Of a stretch of DNA of 64,000 bases, positions 39,679 through 49,350 are shown one piece after another. The stretch spans positions 1 through 64,000 of IMG/VR virus record IMGVR_UViG_3300009370_001552; one strand, written 5' to 3'. This stretch comes from a virus (Duplodnaviria > Caudoviricetes). Made by a program: the position numbers and the translations under genes. Under the pieces are notes generated by a model. The model was given only the letters and a program-made list of their open reading frames with translations. It did not search any database and was not told the origin of the DNA. Position 1 is the first letter of the stretch; each line of letters opens with the position of its first letter.

Positions 39679-40735
39679 AATCTATCTCCCGAACTAATTC
39701 TCCACTATCGTGATATATTTTGGCTATATCTATTGGCATTCCAAAATCAAAATTACATTCCATTTCCTTTTTCCCGTTATGAAAATAAAATAACCATTTA
39801 CCATCCATTTCACCACCTAATATCTGACCTTCTGATCTCATTTTACCATTTCTATAATAATTAACATATTTTCCTTTAAGATTTCCTTCCACATAAGTTT
39901 CTTCTTTTTCTTTTTGTCCATTATTATACCACCATCTCCATGTTCCATCGGCCTCTCCTTCTTCATAAATTCCTTCTGAAAATTTATTTCCGTTTTTATG
40001 CCAATAAGTCCATTTACCAATTTTTACTTCTATTCTTCTTTGCTGGATCTCACCGCCAACAGAAGCTTCTGCTATCATTTCGTCCTCAAATTGTCCTTCT
40101 CCCCATTTTTCTCCACTTTCATGCCACCAAATCCATTTACCGAACTTAACTCCATTTTTATATTTCCCTGTTGAACCCTGTTGTCCATTTTCATACCACC
40201 AAACCTGTTCCGTTACTAACCCACTTTCATCAAATATTATTTCTCTTTCTTTTACTCCACTTGGGTGCCATCTATCTAATTTTCCAACTGGCTTTCCATT
40301 CTTATAAGTTGCATATTCTGTTACCTCTCCATTTTCATACCATTCAGTCCATTTACCATCTTTTTTACCATTCAGAACGTTTCCTTCAGATTCCTTCTGT
40401 CCATTATCATACCAAGAAATATATTCACCGTCCACTTTCCATTCAGAATCTTCTGGGTTCTCTTTATTTGTAGATATCTTAGACTCTAATACTAACTGAC
40501 CACTTTCATTATACCATTTCCATTTATCAGAACTCTTGTGTGGTGCACCGAGCTTATACAATCTTTTATTTTCTATTTCTTGTCCTATCTCATTTAACAG
40601 CTCCTGTTCCAACCCTGGATTCTCATCTTTCCATTTTAGATATTCTTTATACTTTGGATCAAATGATAGCACTACTTTTCCATCAACCTCTATTGCATTT
40701 TCATTATTTGGAACTTTTTTATACCTAATCTTCAT
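39671..40735 (-). CDS. MORN-variant repeat (YwqK-like) protein, long paralog
   Basis: About ten W(Y/H)xNG-x-K/E repeats with G.K.GKW. Confidence 0.85.
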   Translation of the reverse strand: MKIRYKKVPNNENAIEVDGKVVLSFDPKYKEYLKWKDENPGLEQELLNEIGQEIENKRLYKLGAPHKSSDKWKWYNESGQLVLESKISTNKENPEDSEWKVDGEYISWYDNGQKESEGNVLNGKKDGKWTEWYENGEVTEYATYKNGKPVGKLDRWHPSGVKEREIIFDESGLVTEQVWWYENGQQGSTGKYKNGVKFGKWIWWHESGEKWGEGQFEDEMIAEASVGGEIQQRRIEVKIGKWTYWHKNGNKFSEGIYEEGEADGTWRWWYNNGQKEKEETYVEGNLKGKYVNYYRNGKMRSEGQILGGEMDGKWLFYFHNGKKEMECNFDFGMPIDIAKIYHDSGELVREIDCD

Positions 40736-41288
40736 ACATCTCTCTGTAAATAAAACTTACCATTACATCTTCTATTGACAGTCTTTTTGTGAATATTTTT
40801 GATATTCCTCTTTGTTGTCCTATAAAATAACTAAAATCTTTTGATACAGTATAACATTTTCCATCATAAAAATAACCATTAGCAATATCACTTAAACTCT
40901 TATCAAGTTCTCCCAATCCTTTATTTTTATACCACTCAATATAAAAATCATCATAATTAAATACTCGTTTTTTAATACCACAATAATCCCCATGATGTAT
41001 AAAAATATTCACATTATCATATACAAAATCAACCTTTAAATCTTCTCTCATAAATGTAGTATCATCACACTTAACTAAATAATCATATTCTTTATTTTCA
41101 CTACACCACTTCATCATCTCTTGAGTTTTAACAGGTAAATCTCTGTAATCTGTATGAAAATCTGTACCCCATTCTATAACCTCGATGGTCGGGTCATCAC
41201 AAATCTGTTTATAAAACTTTTCCTTCTTAAACTGTTCTAAATATTTTTGGTATTCAGAATCAGTATAAATTACAAATAGATATTTCAT
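40725..41288 (-). CDS. GT31/Fringe-like galactosyltransferase-like protein
   Basis: LPVKTQEMMKWC, YDYLVKCDDTTF, G.CY.VS and IEDVMV. Confidence 0.6.
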   Translation of the reverse strand: MKYLFVIYTDSEYQKYLEQFKKEKFYKQICDDPTIEVIEWGTDFHTDYRDLPVKTQEMMKWCSENKEYDYLVKCDDTTFMREDLKVDFVYDNVNIFIHHGDYCGIKKRVFNYDDFYIEWYKNKGLGELDKSLSDIANGYFYDGKCYTVSKDFSYFIGQQRGISKIFTKRLSIEDVMVSFIYREMYED

Positions 41289-42067
41289 AATATATTTATA
41301 CTATCTATTTTTTCTCTGACCACTTGATACCAAATCCTATGACCTAATTCATTTGGATGATCATCACCCTTACTTCTTCTAACTGAATGATCTGAATATT
41401 TCGTTAAATGGTCATCGAATGAACTACGAGGTAATATCCAATTATCCCAATCAAAAAGTACATTAGCATTATTCCAAATATAATTATCACTCTTTTTTGG
41501 TATTACCAATTTATTATTAATACCCATAACGACCTTACGAATCACCCCTCTGCGGTAAGTATCATTAAAAATATTATAAAATAAATATTTGCAATTATTT
41601 GCCTTCAAAACACATTCTAAATAATAAACTCTTCTTATATGTTCTTCTAACATATTATCAAAATCAACAAATTTTGTGATATATTCCTTTTTAAATTCAT
41701 CAGATAGTTTTAAATCTTTTTCCCACGATGGTGGATTAGTTCCAGGTGGAAATTGTATATCCTCACCTCTCATCATTCTATAAAAATTAGTATGCCCCAT
41801 TGGAATATATCTCTGATGTATAGTATCATACATTTCAAACCGAGTAGGTTTAGTCCAACCTATTAAAAATAATGTATCTTGTAACTTAGACTGATTATTC
41901 ATAATATGATTTACAGTAGTTCTATGTATTCTATGGTTACTTGCACCACCTTGCCATGCATGATTAACTTTCAAATTATACTTTTGCCCTAATAAATCTC
42001 CAAATCTTCTACCTTCCTTTATTTGGTCACCACAAAAACTATCTCCATTATAATACAGATACTTCAT
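41285..42067 (-). CDS. SGNH/GDSL-like protein, paralog of 33708..34448
   Basis: Identical start MKYLYYNGDSFCGD and DDHPNELGH. Confidence 0.65.
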   Translation of the reverse strand: MKYLYYNGDSFCGDQIKEGRRFGDLLGQKYNLKVNHAWQGGASNHRIHRTTVNHIMNNQSKLQDTLFLIGWTKPTRFEMYDTIHQRYIPMGHTNFYRMMRGEDIQFPPGTNPPSWEKDLKLSDEFKKEYITKFVDFDNMLEEHIRRVYYLECVLKANNCKYLFYNIFNDTYRRGVIRKVVMGINNKLVIPKKSDNYIWNNANVLFDWDNWILPRSSFDDHLTKYSDHSVRRSKGDDHPNELGHRIWYQVVREKIDSINIL

Positions 42068-43053
42068 TATATAATACCTAAATGTTTTAATACTGAATTT
42101 GGTTGTTTATATGCAAAATCATTAACAGACACCACTTTTTCTTCAAAGGATTTGGTATTCATGTCAAAATACATATATTTATAAGTTTCTGGTAATAACT
42201 CGCCATACATATAAGTAAATTCAATAACTTTTTTATCTATAATATCAAATTTTAGATTTGGTGAATTAAGTTCAGTTTTAATATCCATAATGGTGTCTAA
42301 TAACTCAAACTCACTCTCATTTAAAGATTCAACCATATTCCCTTTACGATTTCCCCAATGCTCATCACCATAATTAAACGGAAAATGATTTGGATACTCC
42401 CAACCAACATCCAATTTCTGTTTAATTCCATAAATTTCATCATTAGTTATCACTATCTTTTTTTCATACTCAGTACTGATATACTCTTGGACTTGACAAG
42501 GAAAGAAATTTTCACTATTATAACAATGTGAAATGTATTCTTCAATATTATCTAAATGTTCTTTTTCCCATACATAAAAAGTACTCTCTGAGCCAGCACC
42601 ATAAGTAGACTTAATAACCGTTCCAACAGTAACATTTTTTAATAATTCATCTAAATCATTACAAGTAACACTTGAAACATGAATACCATACTTCTTTAAA
42701 AGTTCATATTGTCTAACTTTATCATCATAGTAATAATATGACTTTTTATTAGGCCACATTTTTTCACCATAATGATTAAATAATTTATCAAAATATTTAG
42801 AATGTAATTCTTTATCGGGGAGTGCATGTGCAAAACGACCTACAAAATAGTCACTATTTGTATAATTATAATATACTCTGTAATCATCTATTCTATCGTC
42901 ATAATCTCCATAATCCGTTATAATATATGATATATCATTAGACTTTAATAATTTTTCGAATTTAGAATGATAAAATTCACTTAATATTTTTTTATGAAAT
43001 GGAACACTCTCGTCAAAACTATAAACTCCGTGATCCTTATGAACTGTAACCAT
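42067..43053 (-). CDS. ATP-grasp (RimK-like) ligase
   Basis: DDKVRQYELL, VIKSTYGAGS, QEYI and KFD..VIEF. Confidence 0.65.
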   Translation of the reverse strand: MVTVHKDHGVYSFDESVPFHKKILSEFYHSKFEKLLKSNDISYIITDYGDYDDRIDDYRVYYNYTNSDYFVGRFAHALPDKELHSKYFDKLFNHYGEKMWPNKKSYYYYDDKVRQYELLKKYGIHVSSVTCNDLDELLKNVTVGTVIKSTYGAGSESTFYVWEKEHLDNIEEYISHCYNSENFFPCQVQEYISTEYEKKIVITNDEIYGIKQKLDVGWEYPNHFPFNYGDEHWGNRKGNMVESLNESEFELLDTIMDIKTELNSPNLKFDIIDKKVIEFTYMYGELLPETYKYMYFDMNTKSFEEKVVSVNDFAYKQPNSVLKHLGII

Positions 43054-43458
43054 TTAATCGTGTAATAAAATTCTATTTACAAAATAATATCCATTAGATG
43101 ATAATGGATGATAAACAACCTGTTTATCAGTCATACCTTCCTCAATGGAAATAACTTTCTGTAATATTATTGATAATTCATCTTCATTTATTACAATGAG
43201 CTCGTCACCAACCTCAACTGTACCAGAATTATCTATAATCAATTCTCCATCACGGTAATAAGGTAAAATATGAAAAATAGTTAAGTTTATACTAAAATCA
43301 TCAGTAAATATGGCAAACGTTTCTTTACCATCTGAATAAAATTCTTCAACTCTATCAATAATTTCTGCCTCTACTATTTTTTCTTCATTAATATCATAGG
43401 ATAAGATTACATCCCCGATTGTTAAATCTGTAACCGATGTCCTTTCGTGCCAAGACAT
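43054..43458 (-). CDS. Stand-alone Hint-domain protein with atypical termini
   Basis: DLTIGDVILSYD, LTIFH (TxxH), VEVGDEL, VISIE, VYHPL and YFVNRILLHD-stop; own GAGGT SD. Confidence 0.75.
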   Translation of the reverse strand: MSWHERTSVTDLTIGDVILSYDINEEKIVEAEIIDRVEEFYSDGKETFAIFTDDFSINLTIFHILPYYRDGELIIDNSGTVEVGDELIVINEDELSIILQKVISIEEGMTDKQVVYHPLSSNGYYFVNRILLHD

Positions 43459-43473
43459 TATAACCTCACTTTT

Positions 43474-43659
43474 TTATTTTTTCTTTTTACTTTTACTACC
43501 CGTTTTTTTCAATTGAACAATATTTTTAGCTTTCATTGTAGGAATTTCAGTTCCCTTTTTTCGTCTAAGTAAATAAGTAGAATCTTCTACTGCCACAACT
43601 ATCGATGAATGCAGTTCTGCTTTAATACGAATGTTAGATTTCCAAATTACTTTTTTCAT
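43474..43659 (-). CDS. Small basic hypothetical protein
   Basis: 61 aa, Lys-rich, preceded by a GGAGA SD. Confidence 0.45.
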   Translation of the reverse strand: MKKVIWKSNIRIKAELHSSIVVAVEDSTYLLRRKKGTEIPTMKAKNIVQLKKTGSKSKKKK

Positions 43660-43669
43660 AATTAATCTC

Positions 43670-44296
43670 CTATCTACTTATAAATATCCCATTATTAAAT
43701 ATATTGTCTAATACTGTGAATCTGTTTTTCGTCTTATATTCAATATACTCTAACTTAATCTCTGCAAATAAACTTTCTTCAATATAATTTCTAGCGGTCG
43801 GACCTGAAACATAAGTATCTCCACCAAGTTGATTAACAACTTGTATAATTTTTTCAGTTGGATTACCACTTAATTTAAAATTTTCTGAATAATAAAATTC
43901 TGTATCTATGCCTAATGTTCTTGATATTTTTTCAATAGTATATCTATTCAATTTATAAAGGTATTCCCAATCTAATAAATAAAAATCTAACAAATGTTTA
44001 TACTGACTAAAATATTTAGATTTAGAGTAATATTGATAAAAACTTTTATAGTGTTTCCTCTTCCAATTTATTTCATTACAAATTTTTATATCAATAATAT
44101 TTGTTTTAAGTTTTTGTCTTTGTATTGGAACAGACAACCATAGATTATCATTATCAGTTTTAATTTTATTTCTTGTTCTCCAATCCTGTTTTGTAAACTG
44201 TACATTATCATAAAACACAAACTTATCAACCGAATCGATTAATTCAAATACCCCCGTCCAAGGTAAATAATTACTCTGTAATATTGCTATTTTCAT
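43670..44296 (-). CDS. WbqC-like protein
   Basis: IAILQSNYLPW, FVFYDNVQF, WRTRNKI, LSVPI and YVSGP; start at 44296 by ATGA overlap. Confidence 0.9.
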   Translation of the reverse strand: MKIAILQSNYLPWTGVFELIDSVDKFVFYDNVQFTKQDWRTRNKIKTDNDNLWLSVPIQRQKLKTNIIDIKICNEINWKRKHYKSFYQYYSKSKYFSQYKHLLDFYLLDWEYLYKLNRYTIEKISRTLGIDTEFYYSENFKLSGNPTEKIIQVVNQLGGDTYVSGPTARNYIEESLFAEIKLEYIEYKTKNRFTVLDNIFNNGIFISR

Positions 44297-45132
44297 CTCC
44301 AATACTCTTCGTGTAACCAATCATCAGACTGATGAAAATAATCCTTTACTTTTTCTGATACCCCATTTTGTATAGTTCCAATTTTTTTAGATTCCTCATC
44401 TACCAATCTTAACAAATCATCATCAGACTTATAATGTAAGAAGTTTGGTGCACCTTCAGTATTAATAGTAATTGTATTTCTACCCATCACTCCCAATTTC
44501 CAAGAAGTTACTGTTCCTCTTATTTTATGTTGTTTGATATTAACAAAACTTTGATTAAAATATGGTAATATATGATATGTCGGTATCCATTGAAAACGTT
44601 GAAGTTGTAGATCCAACTTCTTTGGAAAACAAAACATATCTTCACCAAATAATTTCATTAATTTTTCATACTGAAACATATTCTCGAAATTTTTACCCCA
44701 TTCACCATCTTTTTCTCTCAATGGTATATGAGAATAAATCTTATCACCAAGTTTTGTCGGTAAATATCTATCAAAATCAAAATATGGTACTTTTAAATGT
44801 TTATAAGGTAATTTTAATGCCTTACATGCATCAACTTCCCAATCATCTACTGCTACCAAATTTAAACTTTCTTTATCTATTCTATTAAACTGACCACCAC
44901 TATATTCTGCTGCCCCACACAATAAAACTTTAAATCCTTTATGATTATTATAAGTTTCTGTATCAACAGAACTCTTTTTAGGCCGTTTTTTATTACCGTC
45001 CCAATCAAAATATAAACCATAAAAAACTGCAGGTTCTTCTGGATTATCATATTTTCTCAAATTCCAACAGTCTAAAAATTCATGTCTGAATTGTGATAAT
45101 GATGGTGAAACATATGCCTGTTCTATTCTCAT
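44293..45132 (-). CDS. Hypothetical protein (glycosyltransferase-like)
   Basis: 279 aa ORF in the glycan island; family not recognised. Confidence 0.4.
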   Translation of the reverse strand: MRIEQAYVSPSLSQFRHEFLDCWNLRKYDNPEEPAVFYGLYFDWDGNKKRPKKSSVDTETYNNHKGFKVLLCGAAEYSGGQFNRIDKESLNLVAVDDWEVDACKALKLPYKHLKVPYFDFDRYLPTKLGDKIYSHIPLREKDGEWGKNFENMFQYEKLMKLFGEDMFCFPKKLDLQLQRFQWIPTYHILPYFNQSFVNIKQHKIRGTVTSWKLGVMGRNTITINTEGAPNFLHYKSDDDLLRLVDEESKKIGTIQNGVSEKVKDYFHQSDDWLHEEYWR

Positions 45133-46436
45133 TTTAATTTGTCTATATTTTTATAATCCTCATCATCCCATATACTACTATACAAATGAATTCCATAAGA
45201 ATCTAATTTATATTCAAATATATCTTTATATAACTCCCAATCAACTGGACAATAACATTTCTTTGGTAAAACATACTCTTTTAATTCATATTCTATAACT
45301 AACTTAGTAAACAAATCTGGTCCCAATCCACCATGTGAAACAGAAGTTGACTTTAAAGAATCTATCCAATCAATCCAATCCTCAAATATTTGTTCTTCTT
45401 TATCCTGAACATATATTAAACAAGTACCAACATGATAATCAGATAATTTATGACCCTGTTCTGTAAATACAAATCTCTCAGTAAAATTTTGTGGTTGTAT
45501 ACATAAAACATCTAAATCAACATACAATCCACTCAACTTATAAAGTAAGTGTGCTCTAAATAAATTTGAAAAAGCTACAGGAGTATTTTTTGTATGTCCT
45601 TTTGTATAAGTAAAATATTGGTCAAGTGAAACTATATCATTTGCATTCTTTACAACTACACCGTTGGGAACTTCTATATCATCATATAACCAAAGATGAA
45701 ATTCATATCCATTCTTTATCCACGAATTAATACATAACTTTTCAAGATCACCTAACTCTGAACCATACCAAAATCCGTTAGCTTTTGGTCGTCTAAAGTG
45801 TGCAAAATAAGGACGACTTCTTTTGTGTCTATATGGCAAAGGTTCATCAGGTATATCTATCCCTAAAAATGGACACAATTTATCATATCCATCTCCACCA
45901 CAAATATCTAAAACTAAAAGTTCATCTGGTTTATCCTTGAAAAAATCTAATACTCTTTTTGTATGTTTCCGATGATAATCTCTCTCTGACTTTTCATCAA
46001 AATCTTCCCAATTACCCTCTTTTCTCGTTTCTTCAGATAATTGAGATCTATGTCGTTTATTACTTTCTACCCAATCATCTTCATTTCTTGTATTAAATAT
46101 AAACTTTGCATTTGGATAATTTTTATAAAGTGTTTCAAAATTATCAGATATCCAATTAGTGTCTAAATACACAACCCACTGGTTTAATAACTTATCACCA
46201 AGTCTGTCAAATTCTTCTGATAAATCCTTTGTTTGGTCTGTTATTCCCATTAAATCATAATTTTGTCTTTCTCTGGTTGCACCGCCACCGTGAATAACTT
46301 TGCCTTCATATCCTAAGATATCCCAAAATAGATGTAATAAAGAAACTGTTCCAGTTTTGTTAAATCCTATGAAAAATATCTTAAAAGATTTTCTTCTTGC
46401 AAGAGTAATTTTATCTAAAGTTTCTTCCATATCCAA
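45129..46436 (-). CDS. Sulfotransferase fused to a GT32 (DxD sugar-binding) glycosyltransferase
   Basis: N-domain IGFNKTGT...PNAKFI..R...DGYDKLCPFL. C-domain FWYG...CINSW...SNLFRAHLLYKLSGLYVDLD. Confidence 0.8.
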   Translation of the reverse strand: MDMEETLDKITLARRKSFKIFFIGFNKTGTVSLLHLFWDILGYEGKVIHGGGATRERQNYDLMGITDQTKDLSEEFDRLGDKLLNQWVVYLDTNWISDNFETLYKNYPNAKFIFNTRNEDDWVESNKRHRSQLSEETRKEGNWEDFDEKSERDYHRKHTKRVLDFFKDKPDELLVLDICGGDGYDKLCPFLGIDIPDEPLPYRHKRSRPYFAHFRRPKANGFWYGSELGDLEKLCINSWIKNGYEFHLWLYDDIEVPNGVVVKNANDIVSLDQYFTYTKGHTKNTPVAFSNLFRAHLLYKLSGLYVDLDVLCIQPQNFTERFVFTEQGHKLSDYHVGTCLIYVQDKEEQIFEDWIDWIDSLKSTSVSHGGLGPDLFTKLVIEYELKEYVLPKKCYCPVDWELYKDIFEYKLDSYGIHLYSSIWDDEDYKNIDKLK

Positions 46437-47635
46437 ATCGGTTCTCCAAATTTTTTATCATCTTTATTTTCAAGAGATTTTTCTGTCCATACAGAACCTT
46501 CATAAGTTTTTGCCGTTCCTGCCCCACCACTATTTGGTCGTTTAGCCATTTCCATTCCAATACAACCTTGATACTCTCCTAACTTAGATAGATAGTCATT
46601 CATTGGATTACAAATCTCTAACCAACCCCTATCGGTTGACCATTTAGAATTTGTATAAACATCACTAATATTTACCAATAAATATCCACCACTCTTAATA
46701 CTGCCCCATAAGTTACCCAAGGTCGTCTGTAAGAAATCTTTGTTCCAATCGTTTATATCTTTGTATCTAACCCAACTCTGTGTGTCGTCATAACTATAAC
46801 GCTCTACGCTAAAGTATGGTGGACTTGTAAATACTACATCAAAGTAATTTTCATAGTTAGAATAATCAAAATCTTCTGCTGGCTCACAATAAAAATCACA
46901 CTTTCTTTCATGTTCAAAAAATCCCAAGTGTTTCTCGTAAAACTCTGATTGTTCTTTGTATATTGGATGATTTTCTTTTCTTGGGTCTAAACCTACATAA
47001 TGTTTTCCATATTCACTTGCATAAAATCCTGCTAATCTATCTCCCCAACCAGCACTAAAATCAAGTATGGTTTCTGCCTTTAACATATCATAAATTGCCT
47101 TTGCAACATTTGGTTTGAACTGGGAACAGATATATTTTCGTAATGCCAACATCACCCGTAAAGTTGATTTATCTATCTTTGGAACTTTGAGTGAATATGC
47201 ACTTCCCATTAGTGAAGTCATGAACTTTAAACTTCCCCAAGTTCGTTTTGGACCAGGTGATACTGAACCATCTACCGACCATCTGTTTTCTATTTGAAAA
47301 TAATTACTACAAGTGTTTCCTACATTTAATCGTTTAAACATTAACTGTTTTCCATCATAATTCAAATTATAACTATACTTTGTGCCTTCTCTTGCATACC
47401 ACTCATCTTCTACAAGTATTTCATTCCATTTAGTTGCTTTTAATTTTTGAAAGTCTCTCCAAGCACCCTTTTCTGTTAAGTCTGGGTATGGTAGTTCATA
47501 GGTCATTGCGACGGTTGCAAGACTTTCCTTTACATCATCTTTTTCAAACGTTTCCTTTATGTAAGTCCAATCCTTTTCTTCTATGAATAGGTATGGATCC
47601 ATATTGTAAAACTTATCAAAATAATCTAAATACAT
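46415..47635 (-). CDS. DNA amino-methyltransferase-like protein (SAM motif before SPPY), paralog B
   Basis: QFKPNVAK, ILDFSAGWGDRLAGF and FTSPPYF. Confidence 0.75.
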   Translation of the reverse strand: MYLDYFDKFYNMDPYLFIEEKDWTYIKETFEKDDVKESLATVAMTYELPYPDLTEKGAWRDFQKLKATKWNEILVEDEWYAREGTKYSYNLNYDGKQLMFKRLNVGNTCSNYFQIENRWSVDGSVSPGPKRTWGSLKFMTSLMGSAYSLKVPKIDKSTLRVMLALRKYICSQFKPNVAKAIYDMLKAETILDFSAGWGDRLAGFYASEYGKHYVGLDPRKENHPIYKEQSEFYEKHLGFFEHERKCDFYCEPAEDFDYSNYENYFDVVFTSPPYFSVERYSYDDTQSWVRYKDINDWNKDFLQTTLGNLWGSIKSGGYLLVNISDVYTNSKWSTDRGWLEICNPMNDYLSKLGEYQGCIGMEMAKRPNSGGAGTAKTYEGSVWTEKSLENKDDKKFGEPIWIWKKL

Positions 47636-47638
47636 AAT

Positions 47639-48616
47639 CTAAAAAAATCCATGTTTAACTGTTTCTGTTTTTCTTCTCATTTCCCTATCAAGTATTTTTT
47701 CATATTCACTTTTATGCCATTTGATTGGTTCTATATAACTTAAATCATATTCTTTTATACCAACGTCCCAAAATAAAACCTTTTCGGATGGTTCTATATT
47801 CTTTATCATCCAATCCCATGCCTTTGCTTCATAAGTTTGGTCAAGTGGTAATGTGTAATCAAGTTTAAGTTTATGTTGGTATGGATATTCACTTGGAACT
47901 ATATTTAATTTTCCATCAAACTGTTCTTCTGGTAAAAACTTATCATACCACATCTTTTTATTCTTATTTATATAATCACTTAATGCTACAGCGTAAATAT
48001 TCTTTACGTTATTATTAAATAATTTACACCCTACCGCCACTCCAAGTGCAGATAATCCACTTCCGGCAATAACCACAATCGTTTCTACATTATCTGGTAC
48101 ATTGTTAACTTGATTTGAAACTGTCCGTATAACATTACGACCATTCATTCCAAACTTTATTTGAAAATATCCAGTCTCTTCTACAAGTCGTTTAGCATCC
48201 ATTTCTGGTCCAGATATGTTAGGGTTTCCTACACCATATACTTTAGCTCCAAATTTTTGAGCTAACGATACATTTACTCTATAACTATCTTTAATATGGC
48301 CTGGATAATATGGTACTGTCACCAAACATTTTAATCCAAAATACTTAGCAACGGCAGATGTAATAGCACTTTGAGGTGACGGAATACCAGCTGCCGTAAG
48401 TATTCCGCCATTGCAATTCTCTCTTATATGATCTAAATTATCATAGACAAGTTTAGAACATTGGCGAACTTTTCCACCTGAAACTTCTCCAAGATTGAAA
48501 TAATCATCCCGTTTAACTTTGTATCCGTGGTGATATTCAATCGGCGTTAAATCAGATTGCCAAGTCCTAAAATGGTTTTCTGTAAAAGTTGGGAAATTGT
48601 CAAGTCTAATTGACAT
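47639..48616 (-). CDS. PLP-dependent fold-type II enzyme (ACC deaminase / D-cysteine desulfhydrase-like)
   Basis: LTPIE, VKRDD..GGKVRQ (PLP Lys), SPQ, AGSGLS, LDQTYEAKAW and FWDVG; likely start MSIRL at 48616. Confidence 0.8.
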   Translation of the reverse strand: MSIRLDNFPTFTENHFRTWQSDLTPIEYHHGYKVKRDDYFNLGEVSGGKVRQCSKLVYDNLDHIRENCNGGILTAAGIPSPQSAITSAVAKYFGLKCLVTVPYYPGHIKDSYRVNVSLAQKFGAKVYGVGNPNISGPEMDAKRLVEETGYFQIKFGMNGRNVIRTVSNQVNNVPDNVETIVVIAGSGLSALGVAVGCKLFNNNVKNIYAVALSDYINKNKKMWYDKFLPEEQFDGKLNIVPSEYPYQHKLKLDYTLPLDQTYEAKAWDWMIKNIEPSEKVLFWDVGIKEYDLSYIEPIKWHKSEYEKILDREMRRKTETVKHGFF

Positions 48617-49325
48617 CCTGAACTGCCACGAGGTAATACGTAGCATCGTATTCGTCTACTTTAAAATTGATCCGTGATAATCCTTGTTCACTTACTTCAA
48701 GCGTAGCACTTTCACATTCCTTATTTGCAGTCAATACATCCTTAAACAGAGTAGCATTAAATGAAACTTTATCAATATCTTCATATTCTTCAGTTTCTAC
48801 TGGAATTGTAACTCTGTTTGTATTAATTGACGAATAACCTATAACCAATTTTGTATCACCATTATCAGTAATTACAGTAAAAGTATCCGTATCTGGTAAT
48901 GCTGATTTACCATTGATAAACCTAACAATAAAGTTAGTATCCACTTTAATCTTCAACTGAAACTCTGGAAGTTTTTTCAATGCTGGTGGTTGGTTAATTA
49001 CTGATTTATCCGACAACATAAAATTGACTTTAGAATGTTTATCCGACACTTCTAATGCAATTGCTTTATCACCGGCTTGAGTTAAATTAAGTGTTACATC
49101 ATCATCTAAAACTCCCAATAATCTACTAAATTGTTCTGTATCATATACTCCCAACTCTGCATCTTGAAAAGTCCAACTATTCATTGATAATTCACCAAGC
49201 ATTGCTTTATCTCCAGTAATAAAACGGGTACTTAATGTATCATCGTTACTGTTTATAACTACCGCATTTACATTACCACCCAAATGGTATTTGTCTATAA
49301 AACGGGTTAATTTGTGTTTATTCAT
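48606..49325 (-). CDS. DNA polymerase sliding clamp (gp45/PCNA-like)
   Basis: 239 aa, immediately downstream of the polymerase. ELGVYDTEQFSRLL and the C-terminal ATYYLVA pattern of phage clamps. Confidence 0.75.
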   Translation of the reverse strand: MNKHKLTRFIDKYHLGGNVNAVVINSNDDTLSTRFITGDKAMLGELSMNSWTFQDAELGVYDTEQFSRLLGVLDDDVTLNLTQAGDKAIALEVSDKHSKVNFMLSDKSVINQPPALKKLPEFQLKIKVDTNFIVRFINGKSALPDTDTFTVITDNGDTKLVIGYSSINTNRVTIPVETEEYEDIDKVSFNATLFKDVLTANKECESATLEVSEQGLSRINFKVDEYDATYYLVAVQDVN

Positions 49326-49350
49326 TTACTATTCTCCTATTGTTTAATCT

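Noticed and set aside
32436-40735. Toxin-antitoxin modules (YwqK annotation)
   Set aside because: Only MORN-variant repeats are present; no adjacent toxin domain was recognised.
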